A stretch of DNA of 63,737 nt, filler included, from Octopus bimaculoides (GCF_001194135.2; 8 parts of 6 records of this genome joined end to end with filler, not necessarily neighbours in it); one strand, 5' to 3'. Shown: positions 1 to 11,652, numbered from the whole stretch's first letter. Notes: a model not told the origin generated them from the sequence alone. Program-made: numbers and translations.

Positions 1-41
<41 letters not shown>

Positions 42-54
42 TGTATGTATGTAT

Positions 55-376
55 GAAGGTATGTGGCCTAGTGGTTGGGGTATTCAGCTCATGATCATAA
101 GGTCTAGAGTTCAATTCCCAGCGATGCATTGTGTCCTTGAGCAAGACACTTTATTTCACGTTGCTCCAGTTCAGTCAGCTGGCCAAAATATGTAGTACCT
201 GTATTTCAAAGGTTGACTTTGTCACACTCTGTGTCACACTGAATCTCCCTGAAAACTATGTTATGGGTTCACATGTCTGTGGAGTGCTCAGCCACTTGGA
301 CATTCATTTCATGAGCAGGCTGTTCCATTGATCAGATCGACTGGAACCCTTATCGTCATAACTGACAGAATGCCAA

Positions 377-378
<2 letters not shown>
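55..378 (+). mobile_element. tRNA-derived CORE-type SINE (family A)
   Basis: A-box TGGCCTAGTGG, B-box AGTTCAATTCC, CORE-like TGTGTCCTTGAGCAAGACACTT; homologous to 6794-7114. Confidence 0.8.
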
Positions 379-411
<33 letters not shown>

Positions 412-419
412 GAAAAACG

Positions 420-707
420 TTGCCCTTTCAAAGCCTAGCCAGGCTCATGGGCCCAGTTTCTCGGTTTCTATGGAGTATGTGTTTCCCCCAGCTGGATGGG
501 ACGCCAGTCCATCGCAGCATTACTCAAGAAACAGGAAGAAAGAGTGAGAGAAAGAATTCAACAGGGTCGCCACCACCCCCTGCCGGAGCCTCGTGGAGCT
601 TAGGTGTTTTTGCTCAATAAACACTCAGAACGTCCAGTATGGGAATCGAAACCACGATCTTCCGACTGCGAGTCTGCTGCCCTAACCACTGGGCCATTGC
701 GCCTCCA
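420..707 (-). mobile_element. SINE family A, long-insert subfamily
   Basis: Minus-strand head GTGGAGGCGCAATGGCCCAGTGGTTAGGG...GGTTTCGATTCCC; shares its insert with 34208-34595 and 47843-48218. Confidence 0.8.
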
Positions 708-746
708 CATGTATATATACACACACATATATATATATATATACAT

Positions 747-783
<37 letters not shown>

Positions 784-1416
784 TATGAGAATGTGAGTGT
801 GTTTTCTATAAAGTGGCATGGAAAATTATTTTTATTCTACTCTATGGTATTTTCCATTTAGGTTTTAACTGCACAAGTTTGTATCTATGGAGATTTGGCA
901 TAGTCTTAGAGCAGACATTTGTTACAACCACTTCACCGATTCTGCACTTCCTCATGCAATAAAAGTGATATTTTTACCAGATTTTTTATTATTTATTTTT
1001 TTTTTTTTTACAAAGTGAGAGGATTGGTGCTGTTACCATGACATCTGAAGGTTCTCTGAGACTAATGAAATTGATACAATTAATGTTTAGTTAAACATCT
1101 CAATGTTATCTGACATCTGCAGGAAAAAACATGATTAGGAAAAGAATTCCAGAGGGTTGATTTCTGAAGAGAAAACATTGTATAGAGGAGTTTGTGAGAT
1201 GCCTCAGGAGGTAGATAGATAGATAGATAGATAGATAGAGAGATGGACAGACAGACAGGCAGGAGTGGCAGAGCAAAACACGCAGACAAAGACAGAGAAG
1301 AAAGAAAAAAATTAGAGTGGCATGAAAAGGGGAAATAGTAATTTTGGGTGTACATGGGTAGAAGTGACATTGTTGGTATGCAAGTCTTTAGTTCTGAGAA
1401 CAGATTGTTCTAGTAG

Positions 1417-1419
<3 letters not shown>

Positions 1420-1503
<84 letters not shown>
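1420..1503. repeat. (AAT)n microsatellite
   Basis: Direct reading. Confidence 0.98.
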
Positions 1504-1504
<1 letters not shown>

Positions 1505-1514
1505 GAAATAAATA

Positions 1515-1815
1515 GAAAGAAAAGTTGATAGATATGACAGGTTAGCTTGGGAAGTAAAACAGTTGTGGTCGATGAAAAAGGTAGCAGTAGTACCAATAAT
1601 TGTTGGAGCCCTGGGAACAGTGAGCAAAAATCTTGAGAAGTACGTGGAACAAATAGGGGCTGCAATAAGGGTGGAGCTTTTGCAGAAAACAGCACTGCTT
1701 GGAACCGCTTGAATACTCCGGAAGGTGCTTGAAAAATAAGAGGTGTTACCTTAGTTCAATGGTAGTGAACAGCTGACACCATAGTACATCTCCAGCATTA
1801 GAAGCTGTGCAAAGG
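1515..1815 (+). mobile_element. 5'-truncated R4/Dong-clade non-LTR retrotransposon (RLE C-terminus and 3' UTR)
   Basis: 1515-1739 translates ERKVDRYDRLAWEVKQLWSMKKVAVVPIIVGALGTVSKNLEKYVEQIGAAIRVELLQKTALLGTA*ILRKVLEK*; same family as 52717-54180; flanked by AAT tracts. Confidence 0.8.
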
Positions 1816-1844
1816 TAATAATAATAGTAATAATAATCCTTTCC

Positions 1845-2055
1845 AATGACGGCATAAAGCTTGAAAATTTGGGGGAGGGGACTAGTCAATTACATCGACT
1901 CCAGTGTTCAGCTGATACTTAATTTATTGACCCCGAAAGGATGGAAGGCCAAGTTGCTTCCGAAAGAATTTGAACTCAGAGAATAAAGACAGATGAAATG
2001 CCACTAAGTATTTTGCCTGGCATGCTAACGATTTTGACAGCTTACCGCCTTAAAT
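1845..2055 (-). mobile_element. SINE family B (abundant tRNA-like SINE)
   Basis: Matches consensus AAGGCGGCGAGCTGGCAGAA...GAGTTCAAATTCCGCCGAGGTCGACTTTGCCTTTCATCC. Confidence 0.85.
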
Positions 2056-2239
2056 AATGATAGTAATAACAGTAATAAAAAGAGAAGAGGAGGCGACACG
2101 TGGGATGGAGAGTCACTGAAGAGGTCTCTGCAGAGATGGTAAAATTGAGGAATTTGGTTATGATATGATAAGAGCTGGTTCTAAAGCATAACTTAAGGAC
2201 AATGAAATAGATAAAGTTCAAAAGGAAAGTTTGGAAGGG

Positions 2240-2285
<46 letters not shown>

Positions 2286-2289
2286 GAGG

Positions 2290-2332
<43 letters not shown>

Positions 2333-2754
2333 GTGGAGTTGGAAGCAAAATAGGCAACAGATGCTATACTTTTTAAGCATGAATGTTATTTGCAGAACTA
2401 ACTTCATTGGGGAATAGTATTTAGAAGGATTTTACAAAGTTAGTGGAGAACCTCCTGGCAAAGTACTGGAAGAGCCGTCTGCAATTTGAGTGGATGAAGC
2501 TCTTTACCAGCAAGAATTACTAATAGACTCATCTTAGTTAATGTGTAGTGTGTATTCTGTTAAGTTCATAAATTTATTCTGCTAAGTTTGTAAAAACACT
2601 TTTAGCTATGAACTAAAATAACTCATTAATAAAATGCGGGGTGTGTTTGCATGAATACATCATTAGTCATTGCTTTTCTGGTCAGAAATTCTGGTTAGAA
2701 ATTCTGGTTAGAGATACAAAGAAGGGAGAGACAGAAAAGGGTTCAAGTTATTTG

Positions 2755-2998
2755 CTGTATCCCTCTCTTTTACTCTCTTTTACTCTTTTACTTGTTTCAG
2801 TCATTTGACTGCGGCCATGCTGGAGCACCACTTTTAGTCGAGCAAATCGACCCCAGGACTTATTCTTTGTAAGCCTAGTACTTATTCTATCGGTCTCTTT
2901 TTGCCGCACTGCTAAGTTACGGAGATGTAAACACACCAACATCGGTTGCCAAGCGATGTTGTGGGGGGACAAACACAGACACACAAACATATACATAC

Positions 2999-3031
<33 letters not shown>

Positions 3032-3300
3032 NNNNNNNNNNNNNNNNNNNNNNNNNNNNNNNNNNNNNNNNNNNNNNNNNNNNNNNNNNNNNNNNNNNNN
3101 NNNNNNNNNNNNNNNNNNNNNNATATATACATATATACGACAGGCTTCTTTCAGTTTCCGTCTACCAAATCCACTCACAAGGCTTTGATCAACCCGAGGC
3201 TATAGTAGAAGATACTTGCCCAAGGTGCCACGCAGTGGGACTAAACCCAGAACCATGTGGTTGGTAAGCAAGCTACTTACCACACAGCCACTCCTGCACC
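2755..3300 (-). mobile_element. SINE family C (tRNA head, CORE, internal CA/TA microsatellite, 3' module)
   Basis: Minus head GGAGTGGCTGTGTGGTAAG...GGTTTAGTCCCACTGCGTGGCACCTTGGGCAAG; many copies in window. Confidence 0.85.
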
Positions 3301-3814
3301 TTAAAAAAAAAAGGAAGACAAAAAAGAAAAATTTTTGAGAGGATCTTTACTTGGAACCTGCAAGGTATTTTGGGTTAAGGTTGCCAAATTTCTCTTGGAG
3401 GGCCTGTTCCTAGTTGTTGTCTCACACTCATGGTGGTGGTGAATAAATGTCTCCTAAATGCTTTTAATGGGTGACTTTCTCCAGATGTTGTATGTAGTAT
3501 TCTTTGCTTCTAATGTTATAGCTGTAGGTGAAGAGGTTGACTTGCACACAATTTCAACGATCAAACATTTGATACCCTGCACATGTGTGTTTGTTTGGGA
3601 TGGAATAACATTAATTGTGAGAGCCAAGAAGATAATGGCTTCATAGAGAAGCTGTGTGAGATGGATGATTTCAATGTAGGATTAGAAAGGCATGAATAAC
3701 TGCTGGAGGCTAAGGAGTTCAGAGTGACTGAGAAAGCAGAGAAACCTATGAAATGGAAAGAAAATTAAAGTCTGAATTACTGGACATCTTTGTTGTTAAT
3801 ATCCAGTTTAGAAA

Positions 3815-4205
3815 GGCAGTGAAATGGCACAATCATTAACATGCTGGGGAAAATGGTTAGCAGCATTTCATCTGTCTGTACTTTTTGACTCCAAATTCCA
3901 CTGAAGTTGACTCTGCCTTTCATCCTTTCGGGGTCAATAAAATAAGTACCAGTTGAACATTGGTATTGATGTTATTGACTAATCCCCTCCCCTGAACTCA
4001 CTGACCTGTGTCAAATTTTGAAATCAGTATCTAGATTAGAAAGGTCTGAGTTCAAATTTTGCTGAGGTCAACTTTACCTTTCATCCTTTTGAAGACGATG
4101 AAATAAGTGCTAATTGAGCACAGGAGTTGATGTAATCGACTTAATCCCTTCCCTAAAATTGCTGGCCTTGAGCCAAAATTTGAAATCAATATCTAGTTTA
4201 GAAAG
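3815..4205 (+). mobile_element. Two decayed SINE B copies
   Basis: CTTTCATCCTTTCGGGGTCAATAAAATAAGTACCAG motif and a second copy; CpG-decayed. Confidence 0.75.
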
Positions 4206-4319
4206 GCGGATGACAAGGGAATCTAAAGGGAATAAAATCAAAATATAAATATATTCACACACATTGTCTTTGAAGGTTAGGCTGGAACACAAAATGTAGC
4301 TTGGACAGCAGAGATGGTT

Positions 4320-4785
4320 GAGAGAAAGAAGAGTGATTTGTGTCTCGTATAGAAATAAGATCTATGCTTTGTGTTGTTGTTTAGTCCTACTTAAAAATAC
4401 CAACATTGATAGTCAAGCAATGATGGGGACAAACACAAAAACACACACACAAGCACACATACATATATATCCACTATACTCTTGGAGTGGTTGGCATTAT
4501 GAAGGGCATCCAGCTGTAGAAACCATACCAAATTAGATTGTAACCTGGTGCCACTCCCAGCTTACCAGTTTTCGGTCAAACCGTCTAACTCATGCCAACA
4601 TGGAAAACAGATGCTAAATGATGATGGTGATGATGATAGTTTCTGTCTATCTTGTTCACTCACAAGGCTTTGGTCAGCCAAAGCAGAGGACATGTGCCCA
4701 AGGTGCCATGCAGTGGGATTGAACCTGAAACCACATAGTTGCAAAGAACTTCTTAACCAACAACTATGCCTGCACCTTGCATTTT
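4320..4785 (-). mobile_element. SINE C with a nested RTE-tail SINE fragment (4490-4640, +)
   Basis: C-family halves split by GGCATCCAGCTGTAGAAACC...CATGCCAACATGGAAAACAGATGCTAAATGATGATG. Confidence 0.7.
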
Positions 4786-5419
4786 TGCTCTCTTATTGTC
4801 AACTATATTGAAGTTATATTTCAAACAATTCCTTCAATCAATCATTCCCTACAGACAAACGAAATCAAGAAGTTTGTACAATTTGTGAAATAATTTTAAA
4901 GATCTCTCCCAAATCACAGTTTTGTTGTAAAAAAAAAAAAAAATTAAAAGATGATATGGTTCCACAGAAATGAATGAATATAACTGACTTAAACACAAAG
5001 TAGAAATAGGAAAAAACACCCCAAATCCCCATAAGACCAAAAGTCTACGCCAAAGTAAAAGTTATGAACCATAAGAATGTCATAAATCATATGATGTATA
5101 TTTTTGCAATTTATGCACATTTCCAACTTGTAACTTAAGAAGATATAACACTGAACCCTGGATATTTATATAATTAATTTCAAATATGTTGCAGAAGAAT
5201 TTTTCTTAAGATATTGTAAGTGAGAACTTTAGGGAAAGGAAATACCAGCTATCCAAGAATTAGGATTGAAGGGTAAAGCTTTAATCATCATCATTGAACA
5301 TCCATTTTTCCATGCTTGCATAGGTCAGATGGAATTTGTTGAAGCAGATTTTTCTCCAGTCAGAAGCCTTTTCTGAAACTGATTCTCATCTGTTTCTAAA
5401 TAAGGTAATATTTCCCTAT

Positions 5420-5810
5420 TGTAAGGCAGCAAGCTGGCAAAATGCAAGCTGGAAAAATGCACACCGAGCAAACTACTTAGCCACATTTCATCTGTCTTTA
5501 CATTATGAGTTTAAATTCTGCTGAGACCAACTTTACCTTTCATCCTTTCATGGTCAATGAAATTAGTAGCAGTTGAACACTGGAGTCAGTGTAATTGACT
5601 TATTACCTCCTTGAAATTGCTGGCCTTGTGCCAGAATTCAAAATCAATATTTTCCTATTGTAGAGAAGTGAGCTGGCTGAATTCTTAGCACACCAGGCAA
5701 AATGCTAAGTGAAATTCTGACCATCCTTACATTCTGAGTTCAAATGCTGCTGAGGTCAGCTTTGCCTTTCATCCTTTCAGGGTCGATAAAATAAGTACCA
5801 GTTGGGCTGC
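5420..5810 (+). mobile_element. Two decayed SINE B copies
   Basis: Homology to B consensus. Confidence 0.75.
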
Positions 5811-5842
5811 TAGGGTATGGAAGTGTAAACAAACTAACAACA

Positions 5843-6152
5843 GTTCTATATTTAAGGGATGAGGAATTATGTACATTATTTACATTATTTACATTCGACG
5901 GATATTTGTCCTCTTCTTGTTTGTTGTTAACACAACGTTTCGGCTGATATACCCTCCAGCCTTCTTCAGGTGTCTTGGGGAAATTTCAAACCTGGGTTCT
6001 CATTCCTAAGGTATTTTCCGATGTTGTTATTATTATTATTATTATTATTGTTGTTGTTGTTATTGTTATTGTTCATGTCACTGCTTGGAATCGAACTTGA
6101 AATTTTGGGGTTAGTAGCCTGCGCTCTTAACCACTACGCCATATGCCCATGG
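5843..6152 (-). mobile_element. tRNA-headed, hammerhead-containing SINE-like element (copy 1)
   Basis: A-box TGGCGTAGTGG (6131-6141), B-box AGTTCGATTCC (6087-6097), (AAY)n spacer, HHR, tail of TGTAAATAA repeats. Confidence 0.8.
5929..5974 (-). ncRNA. Minimal type I hammerhead ribozyme
   Basis: GACAC-CUGAAGA-A-GGCUG(10 nt)CAGCC-GAAAC-GUU^GUGUU; stems I and II pair and stem III is palindromic (ACGU). Confidence 0.8.
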
Positions 6153-6186
6153 TTGCTCTTAATGCTCTTAACCGCTATGCCATATG

Positions 6187-6428
6187 CCCATGGGCATAAT
6201 GCGTAGTGGTTAAGAGAGCTGGCTACTAACCTCAAGATTCCGAGTTTGATTCCAAGCAGTGACCTGAACAATAATAACAATAATAATAACATCGGAAAAT
6301 ACCTTAGGAATGAGAACCCAGGTTTGCAATTTCTGCAAGACACCTGATGAAGGCTGGAGGGTATATCAGCTGAAACGTGTTTACAACAAACAAGATGAGG
6401 ACAGATATCCGTCGAATGTAAATAATGT
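6187..6428 (+). mobile_element. tRNA-headed hammerhead SINE-like element (inverted copy 2)
   Basis: Reverse complement of copy 1, roughly 85-90% identical by eye. Confidence 0.8.
6339..6383 (+). ncRNA. Hammerhead ribozyme, probably inactivated
   Basis: GACAC-CUGAUGA-A-GGCUG..CAGCU-GAAAC-GUG; a 3-nt deletion relative to copy 1 removes the NUH triplet. Confidence 0.65.
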
Positions 6429-6440
6429 AAACTAACAACA

Positions 6441-6680
6441 ATTGTCAAGTGATGGTGATGGTGGGGGTACAAACATAGACACACACACAGACACACACAG
6501 ACACACACACACACACACATGTATATGATGGGTGTGGTCTTCCACACAGTTACCACCAACCCAATTGACTCAAAAGGTATTGCTTAGCCCCAGAAGTCCC
6601 ATGTCCAAGGTGACATAAGTGGAATTGAGCCTGAAACCATGTGATCACAAAATGAGCCTTGCCTTCGCCCATCTCATGTC
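6441..6680 (-). mobile_element. Right half of the SINE C that hosts the hammerhead pair
   Basis: ATTGTCAAGTGATGG...GGGGTACAAACATAGACAC continues the C consensus broken at 5842. Confidence 0.7.
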
Positions 6681-6793
6681 TGTGCCTATATTAAATTGAT
6701 TCCAGTCATTAAAGGTTAGAAGAGAGATGGCAAAAATTGAGTGTTGGAATAACTGTCTTGCAATTTTTAATTAGACTTCCTTTGTTACAAATT

Positions 6794-7114
6794 GTGAAGG
6801 CACGTGGCTTAGTGGTTAGGTTATTTGGCTCACGATTGTAAGGTCATAAGTTCAATTCTCAGCAATGCATTGTGTTCTTGAGCAAGACACTTTATTTCAC
6901 ATTGTTCCAGTTCACTCAACTGGCAAAAATGAGTACTACCTATATTTCAAAGGGCCAGACTTGTCACAATATGTGTCACACTGAATCTCCCTGAGAATAT
7001 TAAGGGCATGCATGTCTGTGGAGTGCTCAGCCACTTGCATGTTAATTTCATGAGCAGGCTGTTCCATTGATCAGATCAGCTGGAACCCTTATCATTGTAA
7101 CTGATGGAGTGCCA
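6794..7114 (+). mobile_element. SINE family A
   Basis: GTGGCTTAGTGGTTAGG, GTTCAATTCTC, CORE-like block. Confidence 0.8.
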
Positions 7115-7879
7115 CGTTACAAATTTAAAAATTACTAGAATCAACTGATCATTTTCTCTTACTCTCTTCCAATTCCTGTGAGTAGCCATTCAGATCTCTT
7201 TGCAGGAACCTGCTCTTCCTTCCTCTCTCTCATAGTAATTCCCCTCATCCCCTAGTATGTAACTGATGACCTCACTTACCCCAGGGTTCATAGTCCTGCG
7301 AACTGCAAGGTGACCTCAAAGGAGGCAAGTAGCATGATAGCATGAAAAAGGTACCCAATCCATACTACAAAGTGGTTTGAGGTTAGGAAGGGCTTTGCAG
7401 TCCTTAGACACATCAGATCCTCTCAAACTGTCCAACCCATGCCAGCATGGAACATGGACACGTTAAATAATGATAATGATGACAAATTTGATGGCCAACC
7501 CTCTGTTGGGGGTCATGTGGTGATGAAACAAGGAACAATCAATTAGCTGCAAATACTTGTGGTTCCCTAACTTATCTTATTTTGGTGTGGAACCCTAATA
7601 TGATTTTTTCAAATGACAAAGACCCTATAACTATATTCTATGAACAATGCCTAACAGACACGAAACAAATTGAAATAAAAATTGTTTTAGAGATAGAATT
7701 TTATCATATAAAAATAAATAGGTGATAACTTATTTTGAAAATAGTATATACCATTTTGCTTATGAAATATATTTTTATTAGATTTTATTTGAAGACACTA
7801 TTTATTACCGAATCACAGAAATTTTTCCTGGAAATTTGATGTTCTCAATCTCTCTTTGGAATCATTGACATAAGATTCT

Positions 7880-8797
7880 GCAAAATGCTGATTACTGCCT
7901 CTGAAATATGGGAGGTGATGAGCCATTGCACCAGTCACAAATTGCCTGGTTTGGATGGTCTGCCTTATGAATTCTATGTTTACATGCCAGATTTGTTTGA
8001 CAGCCTCCTGGCAGATGTCTACAGTAACTGTCAGCAGAACAGGAGAATTCCTTGTGCTGTTAGCGGGAGTATAGTTACATTGCTGAGAAAGGATGCCGAC
8101 AATGGGGATGTGCTAGGGAATTTTCAGTCCATAACTCTGCTAAACACAGAGTTCAAGATTTTGGCCAAGGCGTTAGCAAAAAGGTTGGCACTTGTCATTG
8201 GTTGTATGGTCGTGGAGGTACAAAGGTGTGCAATCCCAAGCAAGTCGATCTATGACAACCTCCACCTTATGTGATACATCGTAGAGAGGGCTGGGACTAA
8301 AGCTGGCTTTGGTGGGGCCCTGATCAATTTGGATTAGTTGCAAGTTTTCAATAGCGTAGATCATTGCTACTTGGAAACTGTCCTTAAAGTAGACAGTTTC
8401 AGACCCCTTTTTCAGAGGTTGGATTGCTGCAATGCACAGTGACACCTGCTTGGTGGTCAAAGTAAATAGCCACCTCTCAGAACCATTTAGTATCACATTT
8501 TCAGTCCATCAAGTTTGCCCACTGTCATCTAGCTCTTGAGCCACTGCTGTGGAAGTTGGAACAATTAAGAGGCCTCCATTTTGAAATTAGAGATACTCCT
8601 GTATCAGGGGGATCCCATCATGATCACTTCCCCCTCTTTTTCTAGTGTCATATACTATGCATACTTCCCTTCTTCTAATGTATACCATGTATACTTTTTA
8701 TTTTATCATTCCATTATATGTAAACCCCAACACTTTATGTCTGTCTTTGTATTCTCTCCTTCATCCTTAACCCTGGTGGCAAATAAAAAAAAAAAAT
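7880..8797 (+). mobile_element. L1/Tx1-clade LINE fragment (RT), internally deleted, with 3' UTR and poly(A)
   Basis: PGLDGLPYEFY, FQSITLLNTEFKILAKALAKRL, IPSKSIYDNLHLM; ends AATAAAAAAAAAAA. Confidence 0.85.
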
Positions 8798-8829
8798 AAT
8801 TATTATCATTATTATTATCATTATTATAT

Positions 8830-9245
8830 TAAGGTAGCAAGCTGGCAGAAATGTTAGCACACTGGGTGAAATGCTTAATGTTATTCCCTCTGTCTTTACG
8901 TTCTGAGCTCAAATTCCACTGAGGTCGATTTTGCCTTTCATCCTTTCGAGATTGATAAATTGAGTACCAGTTGCATACTGGGGTTGATCTACTCGACTGG
9001 CACCTTCCTCCAAAATTTCGGGTTTTGTGCCTAGAGTAGAAAAGAATTGTTAACATGCTGGGCAAAATGTTTAGCAGCATTTTGTCAGTCTTTATGTTCT
9101 GAGTTCAAATTCCACTGAAGTCGAATTTGCTATACATCCTTTCAGGGCCGATAAAATAAGTACCAGTTCAGAACTGGGGTCGATGTAATTGACTATCCTC
9201 CATCCCCCAAAGATTCAGACCTTGTGCCTATAATAGAAAAAAATT
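8830..9245 (+). mobile_element. Two SINE B copies following an (ATT)n tract
   Basis: AAGGTAGCAAGCTGGCAG head; CpG sites decayed. Confidence 0.85.
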
Positions 9246-9949
9246 ATCATTATTTGGTATTTACATAGAAAGAATAAAATGCAAAATTGAATGTGACCTG
9301 ATTTGAATTCCAAACAAAATCAAAATCCAGCAAGTCCTTTAATCTGCCTGTCCACAATGTTTGTCATTCCAATGCTTTGACCTCATTTCAAACAATGTCA
9401 AGATAACTTCGCTGAAATAGTGATAACAATAGTTTTTCTAAATTATAAAACAGTGAAGTAATTTGAGTGGCTGTGTTTCAATGTCAACAGCTGTGAAATC
9501 AAACATTCAGGCCTGAACAACATTCTAACTATTGAAGGAATGTTTACTTTTCATTTTATTTATGGTCTCATTTATTTGGTGACAAGTCAAGTTCTTTTAG
9601 CTCGTATCCCATAACGCAAGTGGAAGTATGGCAATGTAGGGAAGACTATATTTTAGCCATTTAGCGTTCACGTTATTCTGTCAAAAGTAATGCTTATTCA
9701 TTCACAATGTTTTGAATTAATCATGCCTCATCTTGTAGTTTTGAGATTTTGATGAGGAAGCTTAATTTTAAAAATGATATTGTAGGGCTGGTGTGAGAGG
9801 TCTGATCTGGCCAATGTGAACATAAAACAGGTAGAATATTTTATCAAGGTGCAGTAAAGGCAGATCCAACAGGAACAGTAGTCCAACAGGAACAGTAATC
9901 CGAGGTAATAAAAGATTCTGGCAGTTGGGTACATCAAATCCAGTTGAAA

Positions 9950-11275
9950 GGGTCGAACCTACACACTCTTCACATTCCACACAGTTTCACCTGCACCTCC
10001 TCCAATCTAATTTACTGCATCAAATGCAACCTATGCAACCAACTCTACGTGGGGCAGACGGGCCGCCGGCTGGCCGACCATTTCACCGAACACCTAAGGG
10101 ACGTTCGGCTAGGTTCGGACTCCCCCGTCGCCCGTCACTTCCACTTGGCCAACCACTCCCCCTCTAACATCTCCGTTTTTGGCCTCGCCCTGCACCATGG
10201 GTCCACTCCCTCGCAACTCCACTTGGAACAGCGCTATATTTTTAACCTTNNNNNNNNNNNNNNNNNNNNNNNNNNNNNNNNNNNNNNNNNNNNNNNNNNN
10301 NNNNNNNNNNNNNNNNNNNNNNNNNNNNNNNNNNNNNNNNNNNNNNNNNNNNNNNNNNNNNNNNNNNNNNNNNNNNNNNNNNNNNNNNNNNNNNNNNNNN
10401 NNNNNNNNNNNNNNNNNNNNNNNNNNNNNNNNNNNNNNNNNNNNNNNNNNNNNNNNNNNNNNNNNNNNNNNNNNNNNNNNNNNNNNNNNNNNNNNNNNNN
10501 NNNNNNNNNNNNNNNNNNNNNNNNNNNNNNNNNNNNNNNNNNNNNNNNNNNNNNNNNNNNNNNNNNNNNNNNNNNNNNNNNNNNNNNNNNNNNNNNNNNN
10601 NNNNNNNNNNNNNNNNNNNNNNNNNNNNNNNNNNNNNNNNNNNNNNNNNNNNNNNNNNNNNNNNNNNNNNNNNNNNNNNNNNNNNNNNNNNNNNNNNNNN
10701 NNNNNNNNNNNNNNNNNNNNNNNNNNNNNNNNNNNNNNNNNNNNNNNNNNNNNNNNNNNNNNNNNNNNNNNNNNNNNNNNNNNNNNNNNNNNNNNNNNNN
10801 NNNNNNNNNNNNNNNNNNNNNNNNNNNNNNNNNNNNNNNNNNNNNNNNNNNNNNNNNNNNNNNNNNNNNNNNNNNNNNNNNNNNNNNNNNNNNNNNNNNN
10901 NNNNNNNNNNNNNNNNNNNNNNNNNNNNNNNNNNNNNNNNNNNNNNNATACGCACACACACGTTCTGTTATCACACACACACTCGCAGACTCTCGCGCAC
11001 GCACAGATATTCACCTCCGTTTTTCACTCTGCTGTCTTAGAAAGAACTTTTCCCCCACCACCTCCTCTTCCGGTCCTTTCACAATGTAACCTCGTGGGCA
11101 TCGGTGCCATTTTCCTCTTCCTCCATTTTTCCATTCTCCGAACTTTCTGTCTTTCCGACGAAGGGCTCCGCCCGAAACGTCATACTCTCTCTCCTTCCTT
11201 TCCCGAGCGTCCAATAATACTATCCGTATCACGTCCTCACTTTGTTGTTTTTTTGTTATTGTTTTTTTTGTCTTT
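9950..11275 (+). mobile_element. Penelope-like element: GIY-YIG endonuclease plus 3' pLTR region (split by gap)
   Basis: FTCTSSNLIYCIKCNLCNQLYVGQTGRRLADHFTEHLRDV...PVARHF: GIY-YIG with the PLE CCHH motif; HHR-like motif downstream. Confidence 0.88.
11150..11186 (+). ncRNA. PLE minimal hammerhead, core variant CCGACGA
   Basis: CCGACGA-A-GGGC(UCC)GCCC-GAAAC-GUC; stem I weak. Confidence 0.6.
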
Positions 11276-11304
11276 TTTTTAACTAGAATATTTTAGTTGG
11301 ATAA

Positions 11305-11652
11305 TTAAGTAAAGTAAAGACCCCCTTCAGTCATGAATGACCATGGGATTGCACCTAGAGGGTTACTCTCTGAAGCACAAGTGGGGCAAGGTTGTTTATG
11401 GAAAACCAAGCAGTTACCCATGCATTCCACTCTCTTCTCTCCATGCCACCAATGTTATCCAAGGGAAAGACAAAAGCCAACACAGCTTGGCACTAGTGAC
11501 GCTGCAACTCATTTCTACAGCTGAGTGAACTGGAGCAATGTGAAATAAAGTGTCTTGCTCAAGAACATAACGCACAGCCCAGTCCTGGAATCAAACTCAC
11601 TACTTCATGATTGTAATCCCAATGCTCTAACCACTGAGCCATGCACCTTCAC
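11305..11652 (-). mobile_element. CORE-type tRNA SINE (family A-related, different 3' part)
   Basis: AAGTGTCTTGCTCAAGAACA...GGAATCAAACTC...CTAACCACTGAGCCATGCACCTTCAC. Confidence 0.75.

Noticed and set aside
5195-5215. 21-nt micro-exon ttgcag|...|gtaagt
   Set aside because: Too short to distinguish from chance without RNA data.
6080-6150. Genuine tRNA gene
   Set aside because: A and B boxes are present but the acceptor and anticodon stems pair poorly; it is a SINE head, as are the other tRNA-like heads in the window.
9944-11089. Long ORFs (up to 419 aa) such as 9944-11089, 28370-29272, 35773-37032 and 46545-47412
   Set aside because: Their length comes from N runs and simple repeats; only the GIY-YIG part before 10250 is meaningful.
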